This document shows positions 9,825 through 21,104 of a stretch of DNA of 32,000 nt, piece by piece; the first letter of the stretch is position 1; each line of letters begins with the position of its first letter. The stretch is from NCBI GenBank assembly GCA_000175855.1, contig ACYB01000036.1:1-32000 (forward strand), written 5' to 3'. The notes below the pieces were generated by a model that saw only the letters and a list, made by a program, of their open reading frames with translations, was not told the origin of the DNA and did not search any database. A program made the position numbers and the translations under genes. The DNA is from Raphidiopsis brookii D9. Its GTDB lineage: Bacteria > Cyanobacteriota > Cyanobacteriia > Cyanobacteriales > Nostocaceae.

Positions 9825-10694
9825 GTGGCAGTAAAACCAGAGTGGTTGCGGGTAAAAGCACCCCAGTGGCAACGTGTAGGTAAGGTCAAAGAAATTTTGC
9901 GGGATTTGTCCCTGAATACGGTTTGCGAGGAGGCCTCCTGTCCCAATATTGGGGAATGCTTCAACGCTGGAACCGCCACATTTTTAATCATGGGTCCTGC
10001 TTGCACCAGAGCTTGTCCTTATTGTGACATTGATTTTGACAAAAAACCTAAATCCTTGGATCCCACTGAACCCTACAGACTAGCAGAAGCTGCGCGCAGA
10101 ATGCAGCTCAACCATCTGGTAATTACTTCCGTAAATAGAGATGATTTACCCGATGGTGGTGCATCCCAGTTTGTCAACTGTATTAATTCTGTACGAGGGG
10201 TATCTCCTAACACTACAATAGAGATTCTAATTCCTGATTTATGCGGAAATTGGCAAGCTCTAGAAAGTCTTCTCCAATCAGTGCCAGAAGTGCTAAATCA
10301 CAACACAGAGACCGTACCAAGACTGTATCGGAGAGTGCGTCCCCAAGGGGATTATCAGCGGACAATGGAATTATTACGACGGTCCCGTCAAATTTCACCC
10401 ACAACCTATACTAAATCTGGTATTATGGTAGGTCTAGGTGAGACAGATGAGGAAGTTCGTCAAGTTATGCAGGATTTGCGAACAGTGGGTTGCGACATTT
10501 TGACTATTGGTCAATATCTCCAACCTAGTCAAAAACATCTCCCAGTCTGTGATTTTATTAACCCTGAACAATTTGCTACCTGGCAAGTTTATGGTGAGCA
10601 ACTGGGGTTTCTACAAGTTGTTTCTTCCCCTCTGACCAGAAGCTCCTATCATGCAGAACAGGTCAGAGAGTTGAGGACGCTTTTTCCAAGATAA
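9825..10694 (+). CDS. lipA: Lipoyl synthase (radical SAM)
   Basis: 289-aa ORF from GTG; [37 protein letters not shown] (both cysteine motifs), [21 protein letters not shown]. Confidence 0.95.
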   Translation: MAVKPEWLRVKAPQWQRVGKVKEILRDLSLNTVCEEASCPNIGECFNAGTATFLIMGPACTRACPYCDIDFDKKPKSLDPTEPYRLAEAARRMQLNHLVITSVNRDDLPDGGASQFVNCINSVRGVSPNTTIEILIPDLCGNWQALESLLQSVPEVLNHNTETVPRLYRRVRPQGDYQRTMELLRRSRQISPTTYTKSGIMVGLGETDEEVRQVMQDLRTVGCDILTIGQYLQPSQKHLPVCDFINPEQFATWQVYGEQLGFLQVVSSPLTRSSYHAEQVRELRTLFPR

Positions 10695-10797
10695 TCTATG
10701 CTAGTTATAGCTTTTACAACAGTTAACCTCAATTAAAACCTGTGCAAACTCTCCCAATTAGAATTATTTAGTTATCAGTTAAGTGCCTAACTCACCA

Positions 10798-11737
10798 ATG
10801 ACCAATAGAAAAAAAATTTAAATCTATCCTTATTTTAGGTGCGGGTGCTTGGGGAAAAACTCTGGCAAAATTAGCTGGTGTGAATGGCAATCAAGTGACT
10901 GTGTGGTCGCGTCATGGATCCCAGCATTTAGGTGATCTTATCAATAATGTTGATCTGGTATTATGTGCTGTTTCTATGAAGGGTGTTCGTGAAGTGGCTT
11001 CACTGGTTAGGTCCTTTCCTGTTTCTCCCCATACGATATTTGTCACAGCTACTAAAGGTCTAGATCCAGAAACCACTTGTACACCCTCCCAAATTTGGCA
11101 AAGAGAATTTCCTGATCATTCTATAGTCGTACTCTCAGGGCCTAATTTATCCCAAGAAATTGCCCAAGAATTGCCTGCTGCTACTGTGGTAGCTAGCAAA
11201 AACAATATGGCAGCTCAAGTCGTGCAACAAGTCTTTTCATCTAGTCGATTTCGTGTGTATACTAACCCTGACCCGGTAGGTGTGGAACTAGGTGGAACGC
11301 TCAAAAACGTCATAGCGATTGCAGCTGGAATCTGTGACGGACTGCATCTAGGAACTAACGCTAAAGCAGCCTTAGTAACTCGTGGCTTAGCAGAAATAAT
11401 TCGCATTGGAGCAATTTTTGGTGCGAAAACGGAAACTTTTTATGGTTTATCCGGTCTAGGGGACTTGTTAGCAACTTGTAATAGCCCTCTAAGTCGTAAT
11501 TACCAGGTTGGTTATCAATTGGCCTGTGGAAAAACACTGGTGCAAATTCTTGCCAATCTACCTGGAACAGCGGAAGGGGTGAATACATGCTACGTCTTGA
11601 TGCATCTATCCCGACAACAAAGTATTCCCATGCCTATTACCCAACAAGTTTATCGTTTGCTAGAAAGTCTAATCACCCCTCAACAAGCATTAGAAGAACT
11701 GATGTTAAGAGGTATGAAGTCCGAGTATCACGAATAG
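10798..11737 (+). CDS. gpsA: NAD(P)H-dependent glycerol-3-phosphate dehydrogenase, with apparent frameshift in an A8 run near the start codon
   Basis: ORF called from GTG 10880, but the same frame upstream encodes KSILILGAGAWGKTLAKLAG, including the dinucleotide-binding motif (GAGAWG, 10838-10855). ATG 10798 is out of frame unless the A8 run (10809-10816) is A9. Downstream GTLKNVIAIAAGICDGLHLGTNAKAALVTRGLAEI confirms GpsA. Confidence 0.9.
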
Positions 11738-12241
11738 GGTTTTTACCCCCCACCCCAAAACAAATCAAACAAGTTAAAGTGAACCCTAGACTCTCTGTCA
11801 GATCACCCTTAACCATTCCCTGGAAGAAATTGTTAAATTGTCAGGAAAAGACTTTTCCGATCATGTAAATGTAACTACGTAGTTTATCAACGGCAAAATC
11901 ACTGGAAATATCCTCCCGCTAAGTTAATAAAACCACTTAGCCAGATTCCCAGAACCTGCTTGCTGAAGATAACTTATCTCAAATTGCATCCCTTAAAAGC
12001 AACTAAAGTATAATTTGTTACTGTTTACCACAGTTTTGTTCAACCATAAGATTAGGAAGAGTTGAGACCTGACAGTGAGGAGTAATGATTTTGGGTAATC
12101 AAAAATTTTGGGTAGTGAAAGGGTCTTCATCTTTCTGTTTGCCATCATGGCCAATTCCCAACAGATGACTTCTGGATTAGTACAACTCATAGACCGTAAT
12201 TTTAGCTGACCCTCATTGTTACCTGGAGCAATAAAAAAGTT

Positions 12242-13531
12242 ATGTTAGCCATATCGCTAGATACAGAAGTGGAATACAATCCCCAACAGTCTGATCTGAC
12301 ATTACCTGAGTTAGACCTTAGTGATGTAAGTACTGATGGGGGAGATCTATCAGAGGAGCTGTCCTTAGATGATCTACAAGACATAGAACAGGAAGAAGAT
12401 GTGGAAATAGCTGCTGTTGAACCTCAAAACCTAGTAGCGAACTACGGTCGCAGCACTGACCTAGTAAGAGTGTATCTACAGGAAATTGGCAAGGTCAGAT
12501 TATTAGGAAGAGACGAAGAGGTTGGAGAGGCCCAAAAAGTGCAGCGACATCTGAAGATCAGATTATTGCTAGCCAATGCAGCTAAACAGGGTGATGCTCT
12601 AATCGTTCTCTATCTACAATTAATTGAAGTACAAGAGCGTTTAGTCTCTGAATTAGGACATCGTCCTTCCTTAGAAAGGTGGGCCAGTACCGCTGGGATC
12701 AAATTAATGGATCTCAAACCTACATTATCGGAAGGAAAAAGGCGCTGGGGAGAAATTGCCCAGTTGACAGTGGAAGAATTAGACGAGATTCAGTCCCAGG
12801 GAATACAGGCCAAGGAACACATGATTAAGGCGAATTTGCGCCTGGTAGTATCCGTCGCCAAAAAGTATCAGAATCGTGGTTTAGAACTATTGGACTTAGT
12901 GCAAGAAGGAACTTTGGGTCTGGAGAGAGCAGTGGAAAAATTTGATCCCACTAAGGGTTATCGTTTTAGCACATACGCCTACTGGTGGATCCGCCAAGGG
13001 ATTACAAGAGCAATTGCCACATCTAGTCGCACTATTCGTCTTCCTGTTCACATTACAGAAAAACTCAATAAAATCAAAAAAGCACAGCGCAAGATAGCAC
13101 AGGAAAAGGGAAGAACACCGACTTTAGAAGATTTGGCCCTAGAACTGGACATGACCCCTAACCAAGTTCGGGAAGTATTGTTGCGCGTTCCTCGTTCTGT
13201 CTCCCTAGAAACCAAGGTCGGTAAGGATAAAGACACGGAATTAGGAGAACTCCTGGAAACAGACACTATTACTCCAGAAGAAACTTTGATGCGAGAGTCT
13301 TTACAAAAAGATATACACCATTTGCTATCAGACCTAACCACAAGAGAACGGGAAGTAATTTTGATGAGATTTGGTTTAGCTGATGGGCACAGTTACTCTC
13401 TAGCTGAAATAGGGCGCGCTCTGGAACTTTCCCGCGAAAGGGTCAGACAAATTGAATCCAAAGCTTTGCAGAAGCTCCGTCAACCTAAACGGCGCAATTT
13501 AGTTCGTGATTATTTAGAATCTCTGAGTTAG
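12242..13531 (+). CDS. sigC: RNA polymerase group 2 sigma factor (SigC-like)
   Basis: 429-aa ORF; KEHMIKANLRLVVSVAKKYQNRGLELLDLVQEGTLGLERAVEKFDPTKGYRFSTYAYWWIRQGITRAIA, LTTREREVILMRFGL, ELSRERVRQIESKALQKLR; sigma-70 regions 2-4. Assignment as SigC from recollection of the divergent N-terminus. Confidence 0.85.
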   Translation: MLAISLDTEVEYNPQQSDLTLPELDLSDVSTDGGDLSEELSLDDLQDIEQEEDVEIAAVEPQNLVANYGRSTDLVRVYLQEIGKVRLLGRDEEVGEAQKVQRHLKIRLLLANAAKQGDALIVLYLQLIEVQERLVSELGHRPSLERWASTAGIKLMDLKPTLSEGKRRWGEIAQLTVEELDEIQSQGIQAKEHMIKANLRLVVSVAKKYQNRGLELLDLVQEGTLGLERAVEKFDPTKGYRFSTYAYWWIRQGITRAIATSSRTIRLPVHITEKLNKIKKAQRKIAQEKGRTPTLEDLALELDMTPNQVREVLLRVPRSVSLETKVGKDKDTELGELLETDTITPEETLMRESLQKDIHHLLSDLTTREREVILMRFGLADGHSYSLAEIGRALELSRERVRQIESKALQKLRQPKRRNLVRDYLESLS

Positions 13532-13596
13532 ACTAGGATTAAGGTTCCCAAACCACCTGGGTAAGGGAGCTTTAATTCTTGGTTTTTTGTCCTCAT

Positions 13597-14070
13597 CTAA
13601 AGTGGCATTAATGCTCGCTGACACCGAGGACAAACAGCATGGATAGTTAACTGACAGTCTAGCAATTGATACCCTTCTTTCTGTGCTGTTTTTGTGCCTA
13701 TTTTCAAAATAGATTCGTTTTTGAACTCAATTGTAGCATTACATTTCACACAGATTAGGTGATGGTGATGATGGGGATAGGGCTGATTTAATTCATAGTG
13801 CTTATGTCCCTCACCTAGCTCTAATTCCCGCAGAATTCCCAGTCTAGCCATCAACTTGAGTGTCCTGTAGACCGTGGATAGACTTATGCTTTCACCTCCA
13901 TTTTCTAGGCGATGATGAAGATCCTCTGCGCTTAAATGTTCACCTTGGGGCAATTCTTGAAAAATATGTAGAATTGTTTCCCTTTGAGGAGTCAAACGCC
14001 AGCCTCGATCGTTTAGTTCTGCCTTAAGCGAACCAGTTGTATAGACAGTCATACCAAATTTTTTCAACAA
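13597..14070 (-). CDS. furA: Ferric uptake regulator family protein (FurA-like)
   Basis: 157-aa ORF; LNDRGWRLTPQRETILHIFQELPQGEHLSAEDLHHRLENGGESISLSTVYRTLKLMARLGILRELELGEGHKHYELNQPYPHHHHHLICVKC...CPRC. Confidence 0.88.
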   Translation of the reverse strand: MLKKFGMTVYTTGSLKAELNDRGWRLTPQRETILHIFQELPQGEHLSAEDLHHRLENGGESISLSTVYRTLKLMARLGILRELELGEGHKHYELNQPYPHHHHHLICVKCNATIEFKNESILKIGTKTAQKEGYQLLDCQLTIHAVCPRCQRALMPL

Positions 14071-14172
14071 AGCCTGCTAATTGAGAATATAACAAATCTG
14101 GGAACTAATTTGCAATAGCCAAGTCTTATTGACAATAATTATTGTTTATCAGAAAATGTAAAACATTCAAGT

Positions 14173-17034
14173 TCAATCTACCATTTTCACACAGTCATTT
14201 GTAATAAACTCACTAGCATCAGGTACACAGGGAGGTAAACCGGGAGCTATTACAGGTAGATTCTGTGCTTCTCTATCTGCAACTGTAAAATTTAACTCCA
14301 ACAAGAACTTTAATACATCTTCTGTTTTTTCCATACCATAAGTCTCACGAACTGCTTTATCAAGTTCTTCATGTGCTATGCGAAGACGATTTTTTCCTGG
14401 TATTTCTAGGGTGCGATATAGTTCGCGTAAACTCCATTTATTTTCTGTCATAATTTGTTGTCTTAACTCTCGTAATTTAACTGCTGCTGTAGCTACTTTC
14501 TTCACCTGTGATAATTTGGGATTTTGAGGAAAAGGAAAAGAATCAAAAACGGTATTAGAAGTATATCTAAAACCTCCAGCTAAAGTTGAACATCTTTCAT
14601 TAAACCATTGCCAATGAATATCAGATTGTAAAATTCCAAAAGAATAATCATCTGATAATGGAAATACTTGCAGAGCATCATTAGGATGTATAGAAGAACT
14701 AACAAACTCAAAAATTGAACGTTTAGTTACTCTTGCACAAGCAACATATCTCGGAATGAGAGAAATTTTCTCCAACATTTCCGTCCTTCCTCTCCAAAAT
14801 TTCCACCAATGACGAAAGTGTGATTGACGTGGACCATTATCTTTACCAGTTTGTTTCCTCTCGTCGTTAGCATTTTTTTCTATGGTTGGAAAAACATTTT
14901 TTTGAATATGTTCAAATGCTAGACGATGTTTCATAGCTGAAACAGAATCTTGACAATGATTCAGATCGATACAGTAGCGAGAAGTAAGACTTTTATAATT
15001 CCCCAATAGACTATTACCTATTAAGTAAGGATGAATTACAGATTCAGAAGATTCATCTTTAGCAATTATTTTTGCTTGTTGTAGAGTGAGTAGAAATCCT
15101 TCATTTCCATGAGTTTGTCCTTGATAACAAGCACCTAAGTTTATATTAACTAAAAGTTTTTTTGCTTGAGTAACATCAACTTTTGCAGATAAAGAAGAGT
15201 TGATTTGATCAAGTTCTACAACTTCCCAAGGACTATCTACATTATCTCCCATTTGAGTATATAATTTCTTTTGACCTGATTCTTCACCTTTGATCCAATT
15301 AACAATGGAAACATGAACTGCTGCACTACCTGACCAAACTTGAGTAGAAACTGCTTCAGTAATTGTTCCACCATTATTGACTATATAATCTAAACCCCCT
15401 TCACGGGAGTAGTTTTGACGGATGGTATTTGTACCAAACAGTCCAGCGCGTCCACCTTTGCTTAATTCATCATGAGTACGACGAAACCAGTAAACACAAT
15501 AATCTGCTCTTCCTGGTACTTCTTTATATCTTTCTCTTACTTGACTAACATAATCTTCTCCATATTCCTGCTGCATTTTGTTTTTTGATTGATAGGGTGG
15601 GTTGCCAATAATTGCGTCTGCTTTCACCCAGTCACAAAATAAAGCATCATCACAGCGAATATTTTGATCTAAATTATCCAAAGGAAGAGCTTGATCTAGT
15701 TCTAATGGTAAACTCATTTGTGCTACATTAATTAACTTATTTTCTTCATCTAATGCTAATTTTTTAGCAATCATTAATGTTACTTTTGCTAGTTCTACTG
15801 CAAATGGTTTAATATCTATACCATAAAATTGATTTGTTTTTACTAAAGAGAGTGTCCCAATATTAGATATAGATCGCAGACTGAAATTTTCATGAATTTT
15901 GTTTAATAAATTGGCTTCTAATCTCTTGATTTCTCTATAGGCAACATAAAGAAAATTCCCGCTTCCACAGGCTGGATCAAGAACTTTGAAATTAATTAAT
16001 TCTTGTCTGAGTGCCAGTAACTCATTCAGCTTTGTAGCTGCATCAATTCGTTGTTGCCAAGGTCTAAGAATAGTTGGTAAAACTACTTTTTGAATGTCTG
16101 CGGGATTGGTATAGTGTGCGCCTAAAGCATGACGTTCCTCTTTGCCCATGCTAGATTCAAATAATGTCCCAAAAATAGCAGGTTCTACTTTTGACCATTT
16201 TTCTGATGCTGCTGATGCTAATAAATCAAGTTCGCCTCTTGTCAGTGAAATTGGTTCAACTTTAGAGAATAAACCAGCATTAAAATAAGGTACATCTCGA
16301 TAACGACTATCTTGGGGTACTGGGCGATTACTTCCCATCTGATTAAAAAGTCCACCAATTAAATCATAAGAACTGATCTTATTAGAACGACAATCATCTA
16401 AAAATTCAGCAAATAAACCTCTAGGTAACAAATCAATATCTTCTGCAAATAAGGCAACAACACACTGAAGAATAAATTTTTGGGCAATTTCTTTTTTTTC
16501 TCTTCTTTCAACTAAGCGATTAAAAACTTGGGCAACGTTATCTGCTGCTTTGCGTGTAACATCCACTAAATTGTTATTAAATAGCGAGTTACGATTTTCA
16601 GGAAACAGGAAGTTTAAGACAGTATAGCGATTCGGTAAATCCTCCAATGTTACTTTATCTAATGGTTCTCGCAGTTGTATATCAAAGTCATAAATCCAAA
16701 ATTCATCAAAGTTACAAAGAATTACATATTTTGGACGATGGGGAACTAATTCTAGCCAATATTCAAAGGCTTGCTGGTAGTGTTTTTCTAGCTTTTCACC
16801 CCGTTTCTTCATTTCCAGCAGTAACCGAGGTCTCCATAGTAAATCAGCAAATTTTGTAGATTTTCCTTTGGCTTTTATCCTCGATTCTAGTTCTGCTCCC
16901 GTCTCTTTATAACCTTGATGGTTGAACGCTTGAAAAAGGCGATCGCAAAATACCTGTGCTTCATCTCTTTCATCACCTTTCAATTGGCGGACATATTCAA
17001 CAAAACTGATAATTTTATTGCGTGTATCTTCCAT
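14173..17034 (-). CDS. Single-polypeptide restriction-modification enzyme, MmeI-like (type IIL/IIG-like DNA adenine methyltransferase with N-terminal PD-(D/E)XK-like domain)
   Basis: 953-aa intact ORF; N-terminal TKFADLLWRPRLLLEMKKRGEKLEKHYQQAFEYW (D...ExK); MTase motif I VLDPACGSGNFLYVAY and motif IV IIGNPPYQ; C-terminal LAGGFRYTSNTVFDSFPFP typical of the target recognition region. Confidence 0.85.
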   Translation of the reverse strand: MEDTRNKIISFVEYVRQLKGDERDEAQVFCDRLFQAFNHQGYKETGAELESRIKAKGKSTKFADLLWRPRLLLEMKKRGEKLEKHYQQAFEYWLELVPHRPKYVILCNFDEFWIYDFDIQLREPLDKVTLEDLPNRYTVLNFLFPENRNSLFNNNLVDVTRKAADNVAQVFNRLVERREKKEIAQKFILQCVVALFAEDIDLLPRGLFAEFLDDCRSNKISSYDLIGGLFNQMGSNRPVPQDSRYRDVPYFNAGLFSKVEPISLTRGELDLLASAASEKWSKVEPAIFGTLFESSMGKEERHALGAHYTNPADIQKVVLPTILRPWQQRIDAATKLNELLALRQELINFKVLDPACGSGNFLYVAYREIKRLEANLLNKIHENFSLRSISNIGTLSLVKTNQFYGIDIKPFAVELAKVTLMIAKKLALDEENKLINVAQMSLPLELDQALPLDNLDQNIRCDDALFCDWVKADAIIGNPPYQSKNKMQQEYGEDYVSQVRERYKEVPGRADYCVYWFRRTHDELSKGGRAGLFGTNTIRQNYSREGGLDYIVNNGGTITEAVSTQVWSGSAAVHVSIVNWIKGEESGQKKLYTQMGDNVDSPWEVVELDQINSSLSAKVDVTQAKKLLVNINLGACYQGQTHGNEGFLLTLQQAKIIAKDESSESVIHPYLIGNSLLGNYKSLTSRYCIDLNHCQDSVSAMKHRLAFEHIQKNVFPTIEKNANDERKQTGKDNGPRQSHFRHWWKFWRGRTEMLEKISLIPRYVACARVTKRSIFEFVSSSIHPNDALQVFPLSDDYSFGILQSDIHWQWFNERCSTLAGGFRYTSNTVFDSFPFPQNPKLSQVKKVATAAVKLRELRQQIMTENKWSLRELYRTLEIPGKNRLRIAHEELDKAVRETYGMEKTEDVLKFLLELNFTVADREAQNLPVIAPGLPPCVPDASEFITNDCVKMVD

Positions 17035-17183
17035 TGGACTGTTAAAATATTAATTAATACAAATGTACCATAACATATTATACACCCTAATTATATCCAA
17101 CTGGAGTTTAGACTAAAGAAAAGGGCGATCGCTAAATAGTTAGTAAATCGACAGACAGAAAAAATTATGTCAAGATCCCATAT

Positions 17184-20100
17184 CTATTCCACCAGAGATT
17201 CCGCTTCATGTACTAGATTTCTCAGGGTCTCCAAGGTCTCTAAACTTACATTTTCCCATAATTTTCTCTGATGTGCTTCTAATAACCTTTCAGCTATGTC
17301 ACGCAAGGCCCAAGGATTCTTTTCTCGAATGAATTCACACACTTTTGTCTCTTGTAAGTAACTAGTAAAAATCCCCTGATACATGTAATCTTCTACACAT
17401 TGAGCAGTGGCATCATAACCAAATAAAAAGTCTACTGTTGCTGCTATTTCAAAAGCACCCTTATAACCATGGCGCATCACTCCTTCAATCCATTTGGGGT
17501 TAATAACCCGGGAGCGATAAACCCTGGCAATTTCCTCTTTCAGTTTGCGGACCTTTGGTTGATTCGTATTAGCATGATCTCCAAAATAGGTTTCTGGGTT
17601 TTTACCTTGAATAGAACGAACTGCTGCGGTTAAACCTCCTTGAAATTGATAATAGTCATCGGAATCAAGTAAATCCTGTTCTCGATTATCTTGATTGTGT
17701 AAAACGATTTGCATTTGCTTTAAACGTTCTACAAAAATTTCAGTGTTAGCAACTGAAGATGGGGACTCCACAGTTCCCAAGTAGGGATGAGAACTCCAAT
17801 TAATATAGGCCTGAGCTAAATCTTGGTCACTTTGCCAATTTTGAGAGGCTATTAAACCTTGAATTCCCGTACCATAGGTTCCTGGTTGGGAACCAAAAAC
17901 ACGATAAAGGGATTTTTCTGTGGCCACTTCTAAACTTAATCCCTGGTGGGTCCAGAGGTCAATATCTTGTCGCACAGCAGTTACTAGGGGATTTTCCTCT
18001 AGTGGTTCATCTAAATTTGCCACTGCTACGACTGCTTGAGAGAATAGGTCGATTAAATTGGGGAAAGCATCCCGGAAAAAGCCAGAAATTCTCAAGGTAA
18101 CATCCACACGGGGACGACCTAAAATGGACAGGGGTAAGATTTCAAAGTCTATAACCCTTCTTGCTGCACCATCCCAGATAGGTTGCACACCCAATAGGGC
18201 CAAGGCCTGGGCAATATCATCACCTCCCGTTCTCATGGTAGAAGTTCCCCACACTGATAAACCCAGGGTTTTGGGATATTCCCCGTGCTCTTGAGTATAG
18301 GTTTCAATCAAGTTTTCCGCCGCCTTTCTACCCACATCCCAAGCTGTTTCTGTGGGAATAGCTCGAATATCCACAGCATAAAAATTCCTACCTGTAGGTA
18401 GCACTTCTGGTCTTCCTCTAGTGGGTGATCCAGATGCAGCACTGGGAACGTATTTACCATCTAATCCCCGCAGTAAATTAGTTATTTCTTCGGTGGTCTT
18501 TTCTAGAGCTGGAAGTAGTTTTGATTTTATCCAGTTCACAACTTGTTGAGTTGAGGATTGGTCTTGGCTTGTCTTAGTTTCATATAACTGATTTTCTATA
18601 ATTTGAGTCACTAGAACAGCAGCTTGTTCTTCCAGAAGTTCTACCACATCCCCCTGGGTGCGACAGGACTTTATTTCCATCTCCCTGGAAACCCAGTTGG
18701 GTAATGGACTTGATGGTGGATGAAATAGGTCACCATATTCTGCTGTTAATGGGTCAATATTTAATCCCCAGTCTTGAGCTATAGCACGGGTGATCCCCGG
18801 AGAGTGACGGTTGGGAATCCGGGCGATCGCCACTATTAAGTCTCTTAATTGTCTCCCCTGGGGAACTTGTCCAAAAACGTGTAAACCATCACGGATTTGT
18901 GCTTCTTTAAGTTCACACAGATAACCATCCAAAGAGTTTAAAATGGCAGATTCAAAGTTGAGGATATGTTTTTCATCTTTGATACCTAAATCTTGGTAAA
19001 GATGTTCTTGGATCACTAGTTCTTGAATACGCTGTTTTAATGTGGGTAGTCGGGAAGGATCTAAGGTTTGGGCTTCATAATACTCATCTATTAAATTTTC
19101 TACCTGTTGTAGGGAACCGTATAATTCCGCACGGGTCATAGGTGGGGTTAAATGGTCAATAATCACTGCTTGAGAACGACGTTTAGCCTGGGAACCCTCT
19201 CCGGGATCGTTAACAATAAAAGGGTAAAAGTGGGGTGTTGGTCCAAAAGCTACTTCAGGATAACAGCTATTTGATAGGGCCACACTTTTACCGGGTAACC
19301 ATTCTAAATTACCGTGTTTTCCTAGGTGAATAATGGCATCACACTTAAACACTTCCCTGACCCAATAATAAAACGCTAAATAATTATGGGTAGGTTCTAA
19401 ATCTGGCGCATGATAATTTAAACTAGGTTCTTGTTCATAACCTCGTGCAGGTTGAATCCCCACAAATATATTGCCAAAACTCACTCCACAAACTGATATT
19501 CCCCTTGATTCCCCCGAATTCATCCCCTCCCAATTCCCCCAACGGTTGAGAACTTCTTCCTGAACAGATTTAGGTAGGGTATTAAAATATCTTGTGTATT
19601 CTTCAAAGGAAACAGATTGATTTACGGGCTTCCAATCCCGACTTTCCGGATCATTGGTCACCCCAGCGGTAAGAACTTTGATTAGTTCATCACTGTTGCT
19701 GGGTATGGCACCCACATTATAACCCGCACCCTCTAAAGCTAGGAGAATTTCTATACAACTAGCAGGACTATCTAAACCTACCCCATTAGCCAATCTGCCA
19801 TTGGTGTTAGGGTAATTTGCCAAAATTATAGCTACACGCCTTTCTGAGGTCATTTTACGCCGTAATCTCAGCCAATTTGCCGCCAAATCCACCACAAAAT
19901 TAATGCGATCGCCTACAGGTTCATAAACCACCACATCAGATTCTAAGCTGGAATTGCGAGTTTGTAAAGTTTTGAAAGATACAGCTCTAGTAATAATTCT
20001 ACCATCTACCTCTGGTAAGGCCACATTCATAGCCATGTCCCGGGGGGTCAAACCTTGCAGTTGGGATGTCCATTGTTCTAGGGGACCACCAGAGAGGATG

Positions 20101-20987
20101 ACCTGAAAAACTGGAACATCCAATTTTTGCCAAAGTTCCACCTGGGGTGTTTCTGTCTCTAAACGTGCCAAGGAAAAACTTGTAGTATTGAGTAATAAAT
20201 CAATATGGTGATTCTCACAAGGTTGGAATAGGTGGACTAATTGTTCGCTCACACCCGGTTCCCGCAAGGAAGAAACAAAAACTGGGACTGGATGCAGATT
20301 TTTCCTCACTAGAGCATGACACAAAGCATCAATTACACGAACATTACCTGCTAAATAATGAGCGCGATAGAATAAAATACCTACTCTGGGTAATTGGAAA
20401 AAATCTAACTCATCGAGGGATTTACTACTTTCCAGTTTTGCAGGTTCATATAGTCCTACCCTGGGGACAGCTTGTGGTGGTGCTGGATGAAATCCAGTGG
20501 AAAGACAATTATTACAGACAAATAACAAACCATTCAGAAAGTTTTCCGTGCCACCTTCTTGAAAATACTCCCACACCTGACGGACAATTTTTTCAGAAAC
20601 AGTGGACTTCGATATTAAATCCAGATCAAGAGCGTCGTCTCCTGGCATTACAATAAGATTAGTGCTGTTGGTGGCTACAATTCCTTGTACTACCTCCAAA
20701 CCATACGCCCAATAGGAACCCCCTCCTAGTAGACGCAAAACTATTACCCGAGCAAGTTCCAACACTTCTTCAGCATAAGTGTCTATGGTCATCTGTTGCT
20801 GTAATTGCAGCAAATTGGCAACTCTCATCTGGGGAAATTCAACGGGCAATTTTGGCACTGTTGTGGCTAGGGTTTGTATATCTGTGTCAGCAGCAGTGAT
20901 AAATATAAAAGGGGCTGGGGTTTGTTCCAGAAATATCAAACTTTCTGATTCGTTCCACCCACCTGGTGTGGCATTGATACGATGCAT
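17184..20987 (-). CDS. cobN: Cobaltochelatase subunit CobN (magnesium chelatase H family)
   Basis: 1267-aa intact ORF; VSFGNIFVGIQPARGYEQEPSLNYHAPDLEPTHNYLAFYYWVREVFKCDAIIHLGKHGNLEWLPGKSVALS..., LLPTGRNFYAVDIRAIPTETAWDVGRKAAENLI, WGTSTMRTGGDDIAQALALLG. Confidence 0.95.
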   Translation of the reverse strand: MHRINATPGGWNESESLIFLEQTPAPFIFITAADTDIQTLATTVPKLPVEFPQMRVANLLQLQQQMTIDTYAEEVLELARVIVLRLLGGGSYWAYGLEVVQGIVATNSTNLIVMPGDDALDLDLISKSTVSEKIVRQVWEYFQEGGTENFLNGLLFVCNNCLSTGFHPAPPQAVPRVGLYEPAKLESSKSLDELDFFQLPRVGILFYRAHYLAGNVRVIDALCHALVRKNLHPVPVFVSSLREPGVSEQLVHLFQPCENHHIDLLLNTTSFSLARLETETPQVELWQKLDVPVFQVILSGGPLEQWTSQLQGLTPRDMAMNVALPEVDGRIITRAVSFKTLQTRNSSLESDVVVYEPVGDRINFVVDLAANWLRLRRKMTSERRVAIILANYPNTNGRLANGVGLDSPASCIEILLALEGAGYNVGAIPSNSDELIKVLTAGVTNDPESRDWKPVNQSVSFEEYTRYFNTLPKSVQEEVLNRWGNWEGMNSGESRGISVCGVSFGNIFVGIQPARGYEQEPSLNYHAPDLEPTHNYLAFYYWVREVFKCDAIIHLGKHGNLEWLPGKSVALSNSCYPEVAFGPTPHFYPFIVNDPGEGSQAKRRSQAVIIDHLTPPMTRAELYGSLQQVENLIDEYYEAQTLDPSRLPTLKQRIQELVIQEHLYQDLGIKDEKHILNFESAILNSLDGYLCELKEAQIRDGLHVFGQVPQGRQLRDLIVAIARIPNRHSPGITRAIAQDWGLNIDPLTAEYGDLFHPPSSPLPNWVSREMEIKSCRTQGDVVELLEEQAAVLVTQIIENQLYETKTSQDQSSTQQVVNWIKSKLLPALEKTTEEITNLLRGLDGKYVPSAASGSPTRGRPEVLPTGRNFYAVDIRAIPTETAWDVGRKAAENLIETYTQEHGEYPKTLGLSVWGTSTMRTGGDDIAQALALLGVQPIWDGAARRVIDFEILPLSILGRPRVDVTLRISGFFRDAFPNLIDLFSQAVVAVANLDEPLEENPLVTAVRQDIDLWTHQGLSLEVATEKSLYRVFGSQPGTYGTGIQGLIASQNWQSDQDLAQAYINWSSHPYLGTVESPSSVANTEIFVERLKQMQIVLHNQDNREQDLLDSDDYYQFQGGLTAAVRSIQGKNPETYFGDHANTNQPKVRKLKEEIARVYRSRVINPKWIEGVMRHGYKGAFEIAATVDFLFGYDATAQCVEDYMYQGIFTSYLQETKVCEFIREKNPWALRDIAERLLEAHQRKLWENVSLETLETLRNLVHEAESLVE

Positions 20988-21104
20988 AATTCTTTACGAC
21001 TTTCCCCCGAACACTTTTACTTATTACAGTGTCATCATGGATAAAACCACCTAACAACTCACTATACCACAACTAATTACCCGCAAGCAAGGGAATTATT
21101 CTGC

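Noticed and set aside
11587-11868. 93-aa plus-strand ORF overlapping the gpsA 3' end
   Set aside because: Overlaps the conserved GpsA C-terminus in another frame and has no recognisable features.
13048-13341. 97-aa minus-strand ORF within the sigma factor gene
   Set aside because: Antisense to conserved sigma regions 3-4; serine-rich composition is typical of a shadow ORF.
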